The notes under the pieces are model-generated. The model was not told the origin of the DNA. It worked only from the letters and a program-made list of their open reading frames with translations, and did no database searches. DNA of 64,000 nt, from assembly GCF_009914755.1 (NCBI RefSeq), contig NC_060925.1; one strand, 5' to 3'. Each line of letters starts with the position of its first letter. Position 1 is the stretch's first letter. The stretch is from the human T2T-CHM13v2.0 reference genome, Homo sapiens. Made by a program: the position numbers and the translations under genes. Positions 1 to 15,219 of this stretch are shown here, in pieces.

Positions 1-1970
<1,970 letters not shown>

Positions 1971-2195
1971 AAATTTAATTTAATTCAATTTAAGCTCTGG
2001 ATACATATGCAGGTCGTGTAGGTTTGTTCCATAGGTAAACGTGTGCCATGGTGGTTTGCTGCACCTATCACCCCATCACCTAGGTATTAAGCCCCGCATG
2101 CATTAGCTATTTATCCTGATGTTCTCCCTCTCTCCACCCCCCAACAGGCTCCAGTGTGCATTTCTCCCCTCCCTGTGTCCATGTGTTCTCATTGT
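1971..2195 (-). mobile_element. L1PA 3' UTR fragment (antisense)
   Basis: GTGTGCCATGGTGGTTTGCTGCACC...CTAGGTATTAAGCCC...CCCTGTGTCCATGTGTTCTCATTG is the reverse complement of the L1PA 3' end. Confidence 0.85.
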
Positions 2196-2317
2196 GTGAC
2201 AGTGTATTAAGTCACACGTTAGTGGTGTTCGTTCTTCTGTATTAAAGTATGAGACAGGGACACTCTGAGTTTCAGAAGTGAATAGTTTTACCAATTACTC
2301 ATTAAAGAGAAAAGTCT

Positions 2318-2736
<419 letters not shown>

Positions 2737-2764
2737 TCACAGATAAGAGATGAAAGTGCAGATA

Positions 2765-3047
2765 GGTCAGGCATGGTGGCCTCACACCTGTAATCCCAAC
2801 ACTTTGGGAGGCCTAAGCAGGAGGATTGTTTGAGCCCCGGAGTTCAAGACCAGCCTGGGCAATATAGTGAGATCTCATCTCTACAAAAAATTTAAAAATT
2901 AGCTAGGCATGGTGGCATGTCCCTGTGGTCCCTGCTACTCAGGAGAGGTGAAAAGATTTCTTGAGCCCAGGAGGTAGAGGCTGCAGTGAGCCATGAACAC
3001 ACCACTGCACTCCAGCCTCGGTGATGGGGCAAGAACCTTTCTCAAAA
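2765..3047 (+). mobile_element. AluJ
   Basis: Diverged dimer with GAGGCTGCAGTGAGCCATG; TSD AAAGTGCAGATA. Confidence 0.85.
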
Positions 3048-3104
3048 AGTGCAGATAACTCCTCTCTGGTGGGAAATAAATTTATTTTGAATTCAATTTT
3101 CTAA

Positions 3105-3492
<388 letters not shown>

Positions 3493-3860
3493 TGAGAGTA
3501 ATCTGTATTTTGGCCATTGGGAAAACAGTGGATTTTGAAATGCTTTTTTCAGTCTGTTTGTAAACTTAATTTGTTTTAATAAAGGAAACAAAATGGTTTT
3601 TTATCATGTTAACACTGTTGTATATTGACTGACGTGTTATCTTACGAAAAATGTTAGCGTATTCCACCTTGCTCAAGGTCCTAGGTAGCAGACGGTAATA
3701 CTGTACTATTGGGTAATACATGCCAATCATCTCTAGCAATCCTTATTCCCAGTGGCATTACACTCCAGAGAGTGTGGAGAATATTGATCCCGTATGTTAT
3801 ATTTTTATTCTTTACTTGTGTGACTACTGAGATATTACGATGGTTATAATAAACACTTTA

Positions 3861-4149
3861 GGGCCAAGAGCAGTGACTCACGCCTGTAATCCCAGCACTT
3901 TGGGAAGCCAAGGCAGGTGGATCATGAGATCAGGAGTTCGAGAACAGCCTGGCCAACATGGTGAAACCCTGTCTCTAAAAATATGAAAATTAGCTGGGGG
4001 CGGTGGTGTGCACCTGTAGTCCCAGCTACTTGGGAGGCTGTGGCAGGAGAATTACTTGAACCTGGGAAGCAGGTTGCAGTGAGCCGAGATCAAGCCACTG
4101 CACTCCAGTGTGGGTGACAGAGTGAGACTCTGTCTCAAAAAAAAAAAAA
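3861..4149 (+). mobile_element. AluS
   Basis: Dimer with poly(A). Confidence 0.9.
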
Positions 4150-4482
4150 GATTTTATAGGAGTTTAATAATAAACTGTACCTTTCCTAATCTTGAATTTT
4201 ACCATCATTTTTTTTCACAAGCCACACTTCTAGGCCCACAAAACACATGCATATTTTGGGTTTTGATTTACATTGACAAATATACAATTATATCAATCCA
4301 AAGATAAATTTTAGGAGCATGAGAACTATGGAGTGTGTGTGTGAGAGAGAGGTGGGAGAGAGAGGGAAAGATAGAATGCCTGTATTTATTAGAAAAGGAA
4401 AATATTAGAACAAAACAGATAATTTCAGAAAAAAAACAGTTGAAGGTATGCTAACAAACTGGAAACCTCACAGATTCTGTAA

Positions 4483-4785
<303 letters not shown>

Positions 4786-5224
4786 TAGCAAACCTATTTT
4801 CTCCACACTGAATTCATTTATCAGAATATCATGGCTCCTGGTCCAGAATCTCTTCCTTCAAATACTATTTTTTTTTCTGCTTTTTACTCATGCAAGAACT
4901 ATGACATGATTTACTTATTCCCGCACTTATGAAATATTGTGTATATGATACACTTATGAATTTTAAGAATGTTTTTTCATGAAATTTAATGGTGTTCAGA
5001 AATTTATCCAAAGATGTGAATAATTCCACAGTGAGTGTTACATTTTATTTAATACATTCCATTTTTTCTTCTCAATCGAAGAACTCTATTGAAGCCAATT
5101 CTAAAAAGTTATTGCTCCTTTCCTTTTCCTTTCAAAACAGCTTTATTGAGGTATAATTGACACACAGTAAACTACACAGTTAAAGTATGCAATTTGATAA
5201 GATTTGACATGTGTACACCCATGA

Positions 5225-5667
<443 letters not shown>

Positions 5668-6256
5668 AGTTTATCATGTTTTTTCACAATGAGAGCCTCC
5701 CAGCGCCCCTGCTTCTAGTCAGCCATCTTGGCCTGGTCCCCCAGAATTTTTCATGCAGAAGTGGGAATAATGGCCTCTACATTCTTTACATGGTAGACCA
5801 GAAACTGAAGGTCTCTGATTTTATGTTCTGAGGTTTCACTGCTGACACGTTTGGTGCCTAATATCTTATTTTTGCCCTTATGACTCACTTCTAGAAAAGG
5901 CAGTAAGAAAGCCCAGGTGCTCCCTTATTTGGTGCCAGCATGAAAATCGAACTGCACGATCTCCTGCTGGGGCTTATGTAAATACAAACTCTCACCATGG
6001 CCCCAAACAATAAACCTCTAAAAATTAAAATACAGGTCAATTTCTTTTTTCTTTTTTAACTCTCTCAAGCCACTTTGCACCTACCTGAGGGGCCTGACCT
6101 GGTCTCTAAAGATGTCATTTATGAAGGTAATAAACGCTTTATACCCTCTGGGTGCATAATTAGCATCATCAATTAGATGATACATCCATTGGAAATACAT
6201 TTGGCAAATTTGTTCTATTAATCCCATAGATCTTTACGTATCAGTGAATGCTGCTG

Positions 6257-6745
6257 TGTTGGGAGCAAGCCCTCCAAAATCTGGCCATAAACAGAATCTC
6301 TGCAGCACTCTGACATGTTCATAATGGCCCTAACACCTGCGCTGGAAGGTTGTGGGTTTACAGGAATGAGGGCAAGGAACACCTGGCCCACCCAGGGCGG
6401 AAAACCACTTAAAGGCATTCTTAAGCCACAAACAATAGCATGAGCAATCTGTGCCTTAAGGACATGTTCCTGCTGCAGTTAACTAGCCCAACCTATTCCT
6501 TTAATTAGGCCCATCCCTTCGTTTCCCATAAGGGATACTTTCAGTTAATTTAATATCTATAGAAACAATGCTAATGACTGGCTTGCTGTTAATAAATACA
6601 TGGATAAATCTTTGTTCGGGGCTCTCAGCTCTGAAGGCTGTGAGACCCCGATTTCCCACTTCACACCTCTGTATTTCTGTGTGTGTGTCTTTAATTCCTC
6701 TAGCACTGCTGGGTTAGGATCTCCCCAACCAAGCTGGTCTCCGCA
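6257..6745 (+). repeat. 5' LTR (MER9)
   Basis: TGTTGGGAGCAAGCCC...GGTCTCCGCA; ~94% identical to 11259-11770. Confidence 0.93.
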
Positions 6746-6747
6746 AG

Positions 6748-6771
6748 TGACGTCCATTGTGGGGGCTTGAA
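6748..6771 (+). promoter_or_regulatory. Primer-binding site, tRNA-Lys-like (degenerate)
   Basis: TGACGTCCATTGTGGGGGCTTGAA 2 nt after the LTR resembles TGGCGCCCAACGTGGGGCTCGAA. Confidence 0.7.
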
Positions 6772-6895
6772 TCCAGGTCGAAGGGTCACCAGAGCAACAG
6801 TTAGAGAATGTGGAACTAGCTGGAGGACGCCAGAGTACTCTTAAAGCAATCCCCGTGGTAAGTAAGAAGGGGAGCTCGGAAGCATCAGGGTAACA

Positions 6896-7670
6896 ATGGG
6901 ACAAGTGTGGGCTCTGGTTCCTTCCACCTTGGAGCTTTTTCACACTGATGATGAGGAGGAAGGAGAGTACAGCAAAGTAACAGAAGAGGGTACAGAGCAT
7001 GTTTATTTACCAGCTAAAGCTAAAGCGGCAAAGGAAGGAGAGGTTCATCCCTACCCTTCTGAACCCCCTCCTTATTATCTTGAAGAAAATGACCCTCCAG
7101 ATCTTTCTTTTCTGGAGGACACTGGGCAAAAAGTAGTTGCCCCAGTGACTGTTCGAGCAGCGCCTTGAGCAACCCCTCTTAGTTCTATTCAGGCAGGAAT
7201 TCAGCAAGCTAGACAAGAGGGTGATTTAGAGGCTTGGCAGTTCCCTGTTAGAATACACCCCCCAGATCAACAGGGAAATATTATAGCTACATTTGAGCCT
7301 TTTCCTTTTAAATTGGGGAAAGCATATTTAGTTGATTATATCAAGGCCTGTGATGGTATCAGAGGTAATCTGCATAAAGCTACTTTGTTGGCACAGGCAA
7401 TAGCAGGACTGATAGTGGATAAAGGAAATACTCCATTTCCTGGAGCTTGTTTTAACTGTAGGAAGCATGGTCATACTGAAAAAGAATGTAGAAAAAATCA
7501 GCAAGTCAGGCCGCCAGATAGGGGAAAGAAGAAAACTGTTGAGCCTGAAATATGTCCAAAATGTAAAAAGAAAAACACTGGGCTAGTCAGTGTCACTCTA
7601 AGTTTGATAAAGATGGGAACCCAATTTCGGGAAACACCATGAGGGGCCCGTCCCGGGACCCGTTCTAAAC
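6896..7670 (+). pseudogene. gag remnant (MA end, most of CA deleted, NC zinc knuckles)
   Basis: VWALV..TLE; CFNCRKHGHTEKEC knuckle; second knuckle CPKCKK frameshifted; stop at 7166-7168. Confidence 0.85.
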
Positions 7671-8531
7671 CAGGGCATTTCCAGCTCAGGCCATTCCCTC
7701 ACCCCTGTACAACGTCTGTCCCCCGCCACAGCCAGTAGTGCCACAGTAGATTTATGCTGCACAAAAGCTGTGAGCCTTCTGCCTGGAGAACCCCTGCAAA
7801 AGGTCCCAACAGGAGTCTGTGGACCCTTGCCAGCGGGGACAATAGGATTACTTTTAGGAAGGTGTAGTTTAAGTTTAAAAGGCGTACAAATACATACAGG
7901 AGTCATTGATTCAGATTACAATGGGGAAATTCAAATTGTTATATCTACTTCTGTTCCCTGGAAGGCAGAGCCAGGAGAGCGCATAGCACAGCTCCTGATT
8001 GTGCCATATGTGGAAATGGGGAAAAGTGAAACTAAACGAACAGGAGGATTTGGAACCACAAATAAACAAGGCAAAGCAGCTTATTGTGTGAATCAAATTA
8101 CTGATAAACATCCTACCTGTGAAATAACTATTCAGGGAGAGAAATTTAAAGGTTTGGTAGATACAGGAGCGGACATTTCAATCATTTCTCTACAGCACTG
8201 GCCATCCGCGTGGCCAATTCAACCTGCTCAATTTAACATAGTTGGAGTTGGTAAAGCCCCTGAAGTATATCAAAGTAGCTATATTTTGCATTGTGAAGGG
8301 CCCGATGGAAAACCTGGGACTATTCAACCAATTATAACTTCTGTACCTATAAGTTTATGCAGAAGAGATTTATTACAACAATGGGGAGCACAAATTATAA
8401 TTCCAGAACAATTATATAGCCCTCAAAGTCAACATATGATGCATGAAATGGGGTATGTCCCTGGTACAGGACTAGAAAAAAATTTGCAAGGTTTAAAAAG
8501 TTCCCGCCAAAGATTGGGATGTCATTTTTGA
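7632..8531 (+). pseudogene. pro: dUTPase + aspartic protease + G-patch remnant, reading frame still open
   Basis: SSATVDL, GLLLGRCS, GVIDSDYNGEI, RIAQL, RTGGFGTT (dUTPase motifs); LVDTGAD (protease); GGGAAAC slippery site 7629-7635. Confidence 0.88.
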
Positions 8532-10164
8532 TGGCAGCCATTGTTAAGCCTCCAGAACCTATACCTTTAAAATGGTTAACAGATAAGCCAATTTGGACAG
8601 AACAATGGCCGCTAAGAGAAACTGGAGGCTTTAGAGAAATTAGTTACTGAACAATTCAAAAATGGGCACATAGCTCCAACATTTTCCCCTTGGAATTCTC
8701 CAGTTTTCGTAATTAAGAAAAAATCAGGTAAATGGAGAATGTTAACTGATTTAAGAGCCATCAATTCAGTTATACAACCTATGGGAGCATTACAGCCAGA
8801 ATTGCCTTCTCCTGCTATAATTCCAAAAAATTGGCCTTTAATAGTCATAGATTTAAAAGACTGTTTCTTTACTATCCCCTTAGCTGAGCAAGACTGTGAA
8901 TGGTTTGCATTTACAATTCCTGCAGTAAACAACCTGCAGCCTGCTAAGTGTTTTCATTGTTTTACAGATGGGTCTAGTAATGGTAAAGCTTCTTATTCTG
9001 GCTTGAAAAGTAAAGTTTTTCAGATGCCCTACACTTCAGCTCAAAAAGCGGAGCTTGTAGCTGTAACTGAGGTATTGACTGATTTTGATATGCCTATTAA
9101 TGTGGTTTCTGATTCCTCACATGTGGTTCATTCCACACAGTTAATTGAAAATGCTCAGTTACGATTTCAAAAAGATGAACAACTGATGACTTTATTTACC
9201 CAACTGCAAACAGCAGTTAGAAGTACAAAGCATCCTTTTTACATCAACTCACATTAGGGCTCATACACCTCTTCCAGGACCTTTGACCGAAGGGAATCAA
9301 ATGGCTGATCGCCTAGTTGCTACTGCAATATCTAATGCTAGACACTTTCACAATTTAACCCATGTTAATGCCTCTGGTCTCAAACGCAGATACAGTATTA
9401 CCTGGAAAGAAGCTAAAGCTATTATCCAGAGATGCCCAACTTGCCAAATGGCACATTCCTCATCTTTTACATGAGGAGTTAATCCTCGAGGATTGGAACC
9501 TAACTCTCTTTGGCAAATGGATGTCACACATGTTCCCTCGTTTGGGAGACTAGCTTATGTACATGTATGTGTGGACACCTTTTCTCACTTTGTCTGGGCT
9601 ACATGCCAATCAGGAGAGTCTTCTGCCGGTGTTAAACGTCATCTTTTGCAGTGTTTTGCGGTGATGGGCATTCCAGCTTCTATTAAAACAGATAATGCCC
9701 CAGGCTATACTAGCCAAGATCTAGCTACATTTTTCTCTATGTGGAATATTGAACACATTAATGGTATCCCATACAATTCTCAAGGACAAGCCATAGTGGA
9801 AAGAATAAATCTCTCCCTAAAAGAGCAGTTGCAAAAGCAGAAAGGGGGAGACAGAGAATATGGAACCCCACAGATCCATCTGAACCTAGCATTATTAACT
9901 TTAAATTTTTTGACCCTGCCCAAAGGCCAGATGTTATCAGCAGCCGAACAGCATCTACAGAAACCACCTGCAAAGACAGAAACAGAACAACTGATTTGGT
10001 GGAGAGATCCAATAACAAAAAGTTGGGAAATAGGTAAAATAATAACTTGGGGTAGAGGTTATGCTTGTGTTTCTCCAGGCCAAAATCAACAGCCTATTTG
10101 GATACCACGAAGACACCTGAAACTTTATCATGAGCCAGATGCAGAGGAAGAGATTCCGGGATGA
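8530..10164 (+). pseudogene. pol remnant: N-terminal RT fused to RNase H, then integrase
   Basis: [31 protein letters not shown] joined directly to FTDGSSNG; no YxDD; integrase [24 protein letters not shown]; frameshifts and stops. Confidence 0.9.
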
Positions 10165-11184
10165 TCCCGAGGACCCCCCTGGTTGCAGCCATGTCGAGAC
10201 TGATGCTGAGGAGGACCCCACCTGTCACGAGCAACACCTGTTGAACACAGCCACCCAACTGGGGACAGATCAAGAAGCTGTCACAGATGGCGGAAGAAAA
10301 CCTGAGGAAAGCGGGACAACCAGTCACAATGAGTAATTTAATGGTAGCTATGATAGTGGTTATCACCACTGCTGTGAGTATTCCTTCAACAAGGGCTGAC
10401 ACAGAGAACAATTACACTTACTGGGCATATTTATCAATCTTGGCTGGTAATAATGCCTGGATGTAATCACTATGACACAGTTACACATGTTTTCTGATCT
10501 CAGTTTTTACCATAATAAATTTGCTCCTATAATTGAGGCATACTGCCCTCAAAAACCTATTTGTAAACAAAATTGAACCTGGCCAGAAAAAAAGAATGTA
10601 CTTGTTTAGGAAGATTGCATTGCAGAAGAGGCAGAGGTGCTGCACAACAATTCCTATGGAATCATTATTGATTGTCCCCTAAGGGGATGTTTAGCTTAAA
10701 TTGCACCTCTCAGTCTGCGTGCCATGGCCACATTATGTTCAGCTGGTCTGAACAAAATGGTCAGATGGCAGAAATGATAAGAAGTATAGCAAGAGTTCCT
10801 ATTATCTGGAATCATGGCGGTATAATGGCATCTCAACCTCAAATGATATGGCCCGTTGTAGGAGCTAAACATAAGGATTTGTGGAAACTTTTAAATGCTC
10901 TTAATAAGATAAAAATTTGGGAAAGAATAAAAAAGCATCTAGAAGGACACTCTACAAACTTGTTTTTGGATATCACAAAATTAAAAGAACAAATATTTAA
11001 AGCATCCCAGGCACATCTGACCTTAATGCCAGGAACTGGAGTGCTTGAAGGAGCTGCAGACAAATTAGCAGCTAGTAACCCATTAAAATGGATAAAAACA
11101 CTTGGAATCTCTGTGATTTCAATGATGATTGTGCTTTTAATCTGTGTTGCTTGTCTTCGTATAGTCTGCAGATGTGGATCCTGA
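10130..11184 (+). pseudogene. env remnant (signal peptide, partial SU, C-terminal TM)
   Basis: PPNWGQIKKLSQMAEENL...NYTYWAY (HML-type signal peptide/SU start); WERIKKHLEG...NPLKWIKTLG...VLLICVACL (TM). Confidence 0.85.
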
Positions 11185-11258
11185 CTCCTGCGAGAAGTAG
11201 CTCACCATGACAAAGCTGCCTTTGCTTTTATCAATTTGCAAATCAAAGAAGGGGGACA

Positions 11259-11770
11259 TGTTGGGAGCAAGCCCCTCAAAATCTGGCCATAAACTGGCCC
11301 CAAAACTGGCCATAAACAGAATCTCTGCAGCACTCTGACATGTTCATAATGGCCTTAATGCCTGCGCTGGAAGGTTGTGGGTTTACAGGAATGAGGGCAA
11401 GGAACACCTGGCCCACCCAGGGCAGAAAACTGCTTAAAGGCATTCTGAAGCCACAAACAATAGCATGAGCGATCTGTGCCTTAAGGACATGCTCCTGCTG
11501 CAGTTACCTAGCCCAACCTATTCCTTTAATTTGGCCCATCCCTTCGTTTCCCATAAGGGATACTTTCAGTTAATTTAATATCTACAGAAACAATGCTAAT
11601 GACTGGCTTGCTGTTAATAAACACGTGGGTAAATCTCTGTTCGGGGCTCTCAGCTCTGAAGGCTGTGAGACCCCGATTTCCCACTTCACACCTCTATATT
11701 TGTGTGTGTGTGTCTTTAATTCCTCTAGCGTTGCTGGGTTAGGGTCTCCCTGACTGAGCTGGTCTCGTCA
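11259..11770 (+). repeat. 3' LTR (MER9) preceded by polypurine tract
   Basis: AAAGAAGGGGGACA (11245-11258) then TGTTGGGAGC...GGTCTCGTCA; AATAAA near 11616. Confidence 0.93.
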
Positions 11771-11949
11771 CTGCTGCTCATTTTTATATAGGTGTGTGTA
11801 ATGATCAGGCTATGCAACTGATTATTTAGAAAGACACTTAAAAATGGTTTCTAATCTTTTGCTACCAAAACTGAATTATAACTCATGTTAAGATGCAGCG
11901 GGACATAGTAAAAATATGTTCTTTTAAAATTTATTAAGTATTTTAAATG

Positions 11950-12770
<821 letters not shown>

Positions 12771-13144
12771 CAGAAAAACTTATGTTCAACCATGTTAACT
12801 TATTTTAACTAGTGGGGTTCAGGGGCTCCCACTTTGTCAAGAACATGTAGAAGTAGCAAACAACTGTATTACTCATTGGATCAGGGAATCCATGTCAACT
12901 ACGGTCTATCATAGCACAATGGGTGCTATGACTGTGGAGAATTTAGGCTACATGATACTGGTTTTTTTAATTAAAAGATAGCATTCCTGTTTTATATACA
13001 GTAATTCCCTCTAAGATCATAGGGGAACTGTAGTTAAATGTTGTGGCATCACCAGTATAATTCTTTTGTAACCTGTATTGATTAAGGACATTAAGGTTTC
13101 CCAATTGATGCATTTCAACAGATTTTTAAATTAATTCATAGGCC

Positions 13145-14569
13145 CTCTCCCTCTCCCTCTCCCCACGGTCTCCCTCTCCCTCTCTTTCCACGGTCTCCCT
13201 CTGATGCTGAGCCGAAGCTGGACTGTGCTGCTGCCATTTCGGCTCACTGCAACCTCCCTGCCTGATTCTCCTGCCTCAACCTGCCCAGTGCCTGCGATTG
13301 CAGGCGCGCGCCGCCACGCCTGACTGGTTTTCATATTTTTTTGGTGGAGACGGGGTTTCGTTGTGTTGGCCGGGCTGGTCTCCAGCTCCTAACCGCGAGT
13401 GACCCGCCAGCCTCAGCCTCCCAAGGTGCCGGGATTGCAGACGGAGTCTCGTTCACTCAGTGCTCAATGGTGCCCAGGCTGGAGTGCAGTGGCGTGATCT
13501 CGGCTCGCTACAACCTCCACCTCCCAGCCGCCTGCCTTGGCCTCCCAAAGTGCCGAGATTGCAGCCTCTGCCCGGCCGCCACCCCGTCTGGGAAGTGAGG
13601 AGCGTCTCTGCCTGGCCGCCCATCGTCTGGGATGTGAGGAGCCCCTCTGCCTGGCTGCCCAGTCTGGAAAGTGAGGAGCATCTCTGCCCGGCCGCCATCC
13701 CATCTAGGAAGTGAGGAGCACCTCTTCCCAGCCGCCATCCCATCTAGGAAGTGAGGAGTGTCTCTGCCCGGCCGCCCATCGTCTGAGATGTGGGGAGCGC
13801 CTCTGCCCCGCTGCCCCGTCTGGGATGTGAGGAGCGCCTCTGCCCGGCCACGACCCCGTCTGGGAGGTGAGGAGCGTCTCTGCCCGGCCACCCCGTCTAA
13901 GAAGTGAGGAGACCCTCCGCCCGGCAGCCGCCCCATCTGAGAAGTGAGGAGCCCCTCCGCCCGGCAGCCACCCCGTCTGGGAAGTGAGGAGCGTCTCCGC
14001 CTGGCAGCCACCCCGTCCGGGAGGGAGGTGGGGGTCAGCCCCCGCCCGGCCAGCCACCCCTTCTGGGAGGGAGGTGGGGGGTCAGCCCCTGCCCGGCCAC
14101 CCGCCCCGTACGGGAGAGAGATGGGGGTTCAGACCCAGCCCGGCCAGCCGCCACCTCCAGGAGGGAGGTGGGGGGTCAGCCCCCACCCGGCCAGCCGCCC
14201 CGTCCGGGAGGGAGGTGGGGGGTCAGCCCCCGCCCGGCCAGCCGCCCCGTCCTGGAGGGAGGTGGGGGGTCAGCCCCCGCCCGGCCAGCCGCCCCGTCCA
14301 GGAGGTGAGGGGCACCTCTGCCCGGCCGCCCCTACTGGGAAGTGAGGAGCCCCTCTGCCCGGCCACCACCCCGTCTGGGAGGTGTACCCAACAGCTCATT
14401 GAGAACGGGCCATGATGACAATGGCGATTTTGTGGAATAGAAAAGGGGGAAAGGTGGGGAAAAGATTGAGAAATCGGATGGTTGCTGTGTCTGTGTAGAA
14501 AGAAGTAGACATGGGAGACTTTTCATTTTGTTCTGTACTAATAAAAATACTTCTGCCTTGGGAAAAAAA
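13145..14569 (+). mobile_element. SVA retrotransposon (probably SVA_C/D), 3'-truncated within SINE-R
   Basis: (CCCTCT)n head, antisense Alu-like domain, GC-rich VNTR ~13560-14380, start of SINE-R, short poly(A); 17-bp TSD AAATTAATTCA(T/G)AGGCC at 13128-13144 and 14570-14586. Confidence 0.95.
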
Positions 14570-14848
14570 AAATTAATTCAGAGGCCATTTTGCAGAAGCA
14601 TATAACCTAATCAGCACCCAATTATCTAGTTTTATATATTATTTAGTAAACTTCAGATTCCCAATCGGGTCAAATTGTAAAACTTTCTCTTGGGTAGGAA
14701 CTCCTTTGAGGCCAGTGGGTGAATGTCTGTGTACCCTATTCATATTTATCAATGTATTCTTCCAGAAAGGCTAAAACCAACATTGCCATTGTTGCATGTC
14801 TCCTACAAGGTAATAGCTGTGTTGGTGGGGTTCAAGAATTCTAGGTTT

Positions 14849-15146
14849 GGCTGGGCACAGTGGCTCACACCTGTAAATCCAGCACTTTGGGAGGCCAAGG
14901 TGGACAATCACGAGGTCAGGAAATTGAGACCAGCCTGGCTAACAAAGTGAAACTCCATCTCTACAAAAAATGCAAAAACAAAATTAGCCGGGCATGGTGG
15001 CGGGCGCCTGTAGTCCCAGCTACTTGGGAGGCTGAGGCAAGAATGGCATGAACCCGGGAGGTGGAGTTTGCAGTGAGCCGAGATCGTGCCACTGCACTCC
15101 AGCCTGGGCGACAGAGCAAGACTCCGTCTCAAAAAGAAAAAAAAAA
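14849..15146 (+). mobile_element. AluY/Sc
   Basis: Dimer; TSD AAGAATTCTAGGTTT. Confidence 0.9.
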
Positions 15147-15219
15147 GAATTCTAGGTTTATGTTTGAATTAACTCCTTTGCTGTGTCATATGGGTACCAT
15201 GGTTGTTTCTCCCCAAAGC

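Larger units (their letters stand above)
6257..11770 (+). mobile_element. HERV-K(HML-3)/HERVK9 provirus, internally deleted (5.5 kb)
   Basis: Two MER9-type LTRs (TG...CA); perfect TSD CTGCTG at 6251-6256 and 11771-11776; PBS, PPT; gag-pro-pol-env remnants of betaretrovirus type including dUTPase. Confidence 0.93.

Noticed and set aside
9283-10164. Intact integrase
   Set aside because: TGA at 9472-9474 separates the HHCC domain from the DDE core
12780-13130. Possible ancient ERVL RT remnant on the minus strand
   Set aside because: Only faint resemblance; no convincing motif by eye, needs a Dfam/HMM search
13131-14526. Many overlapping 64-167 aa ORFs
   Set aside because: By-products of the GC-rich SVA VNTR and Alu-like domain
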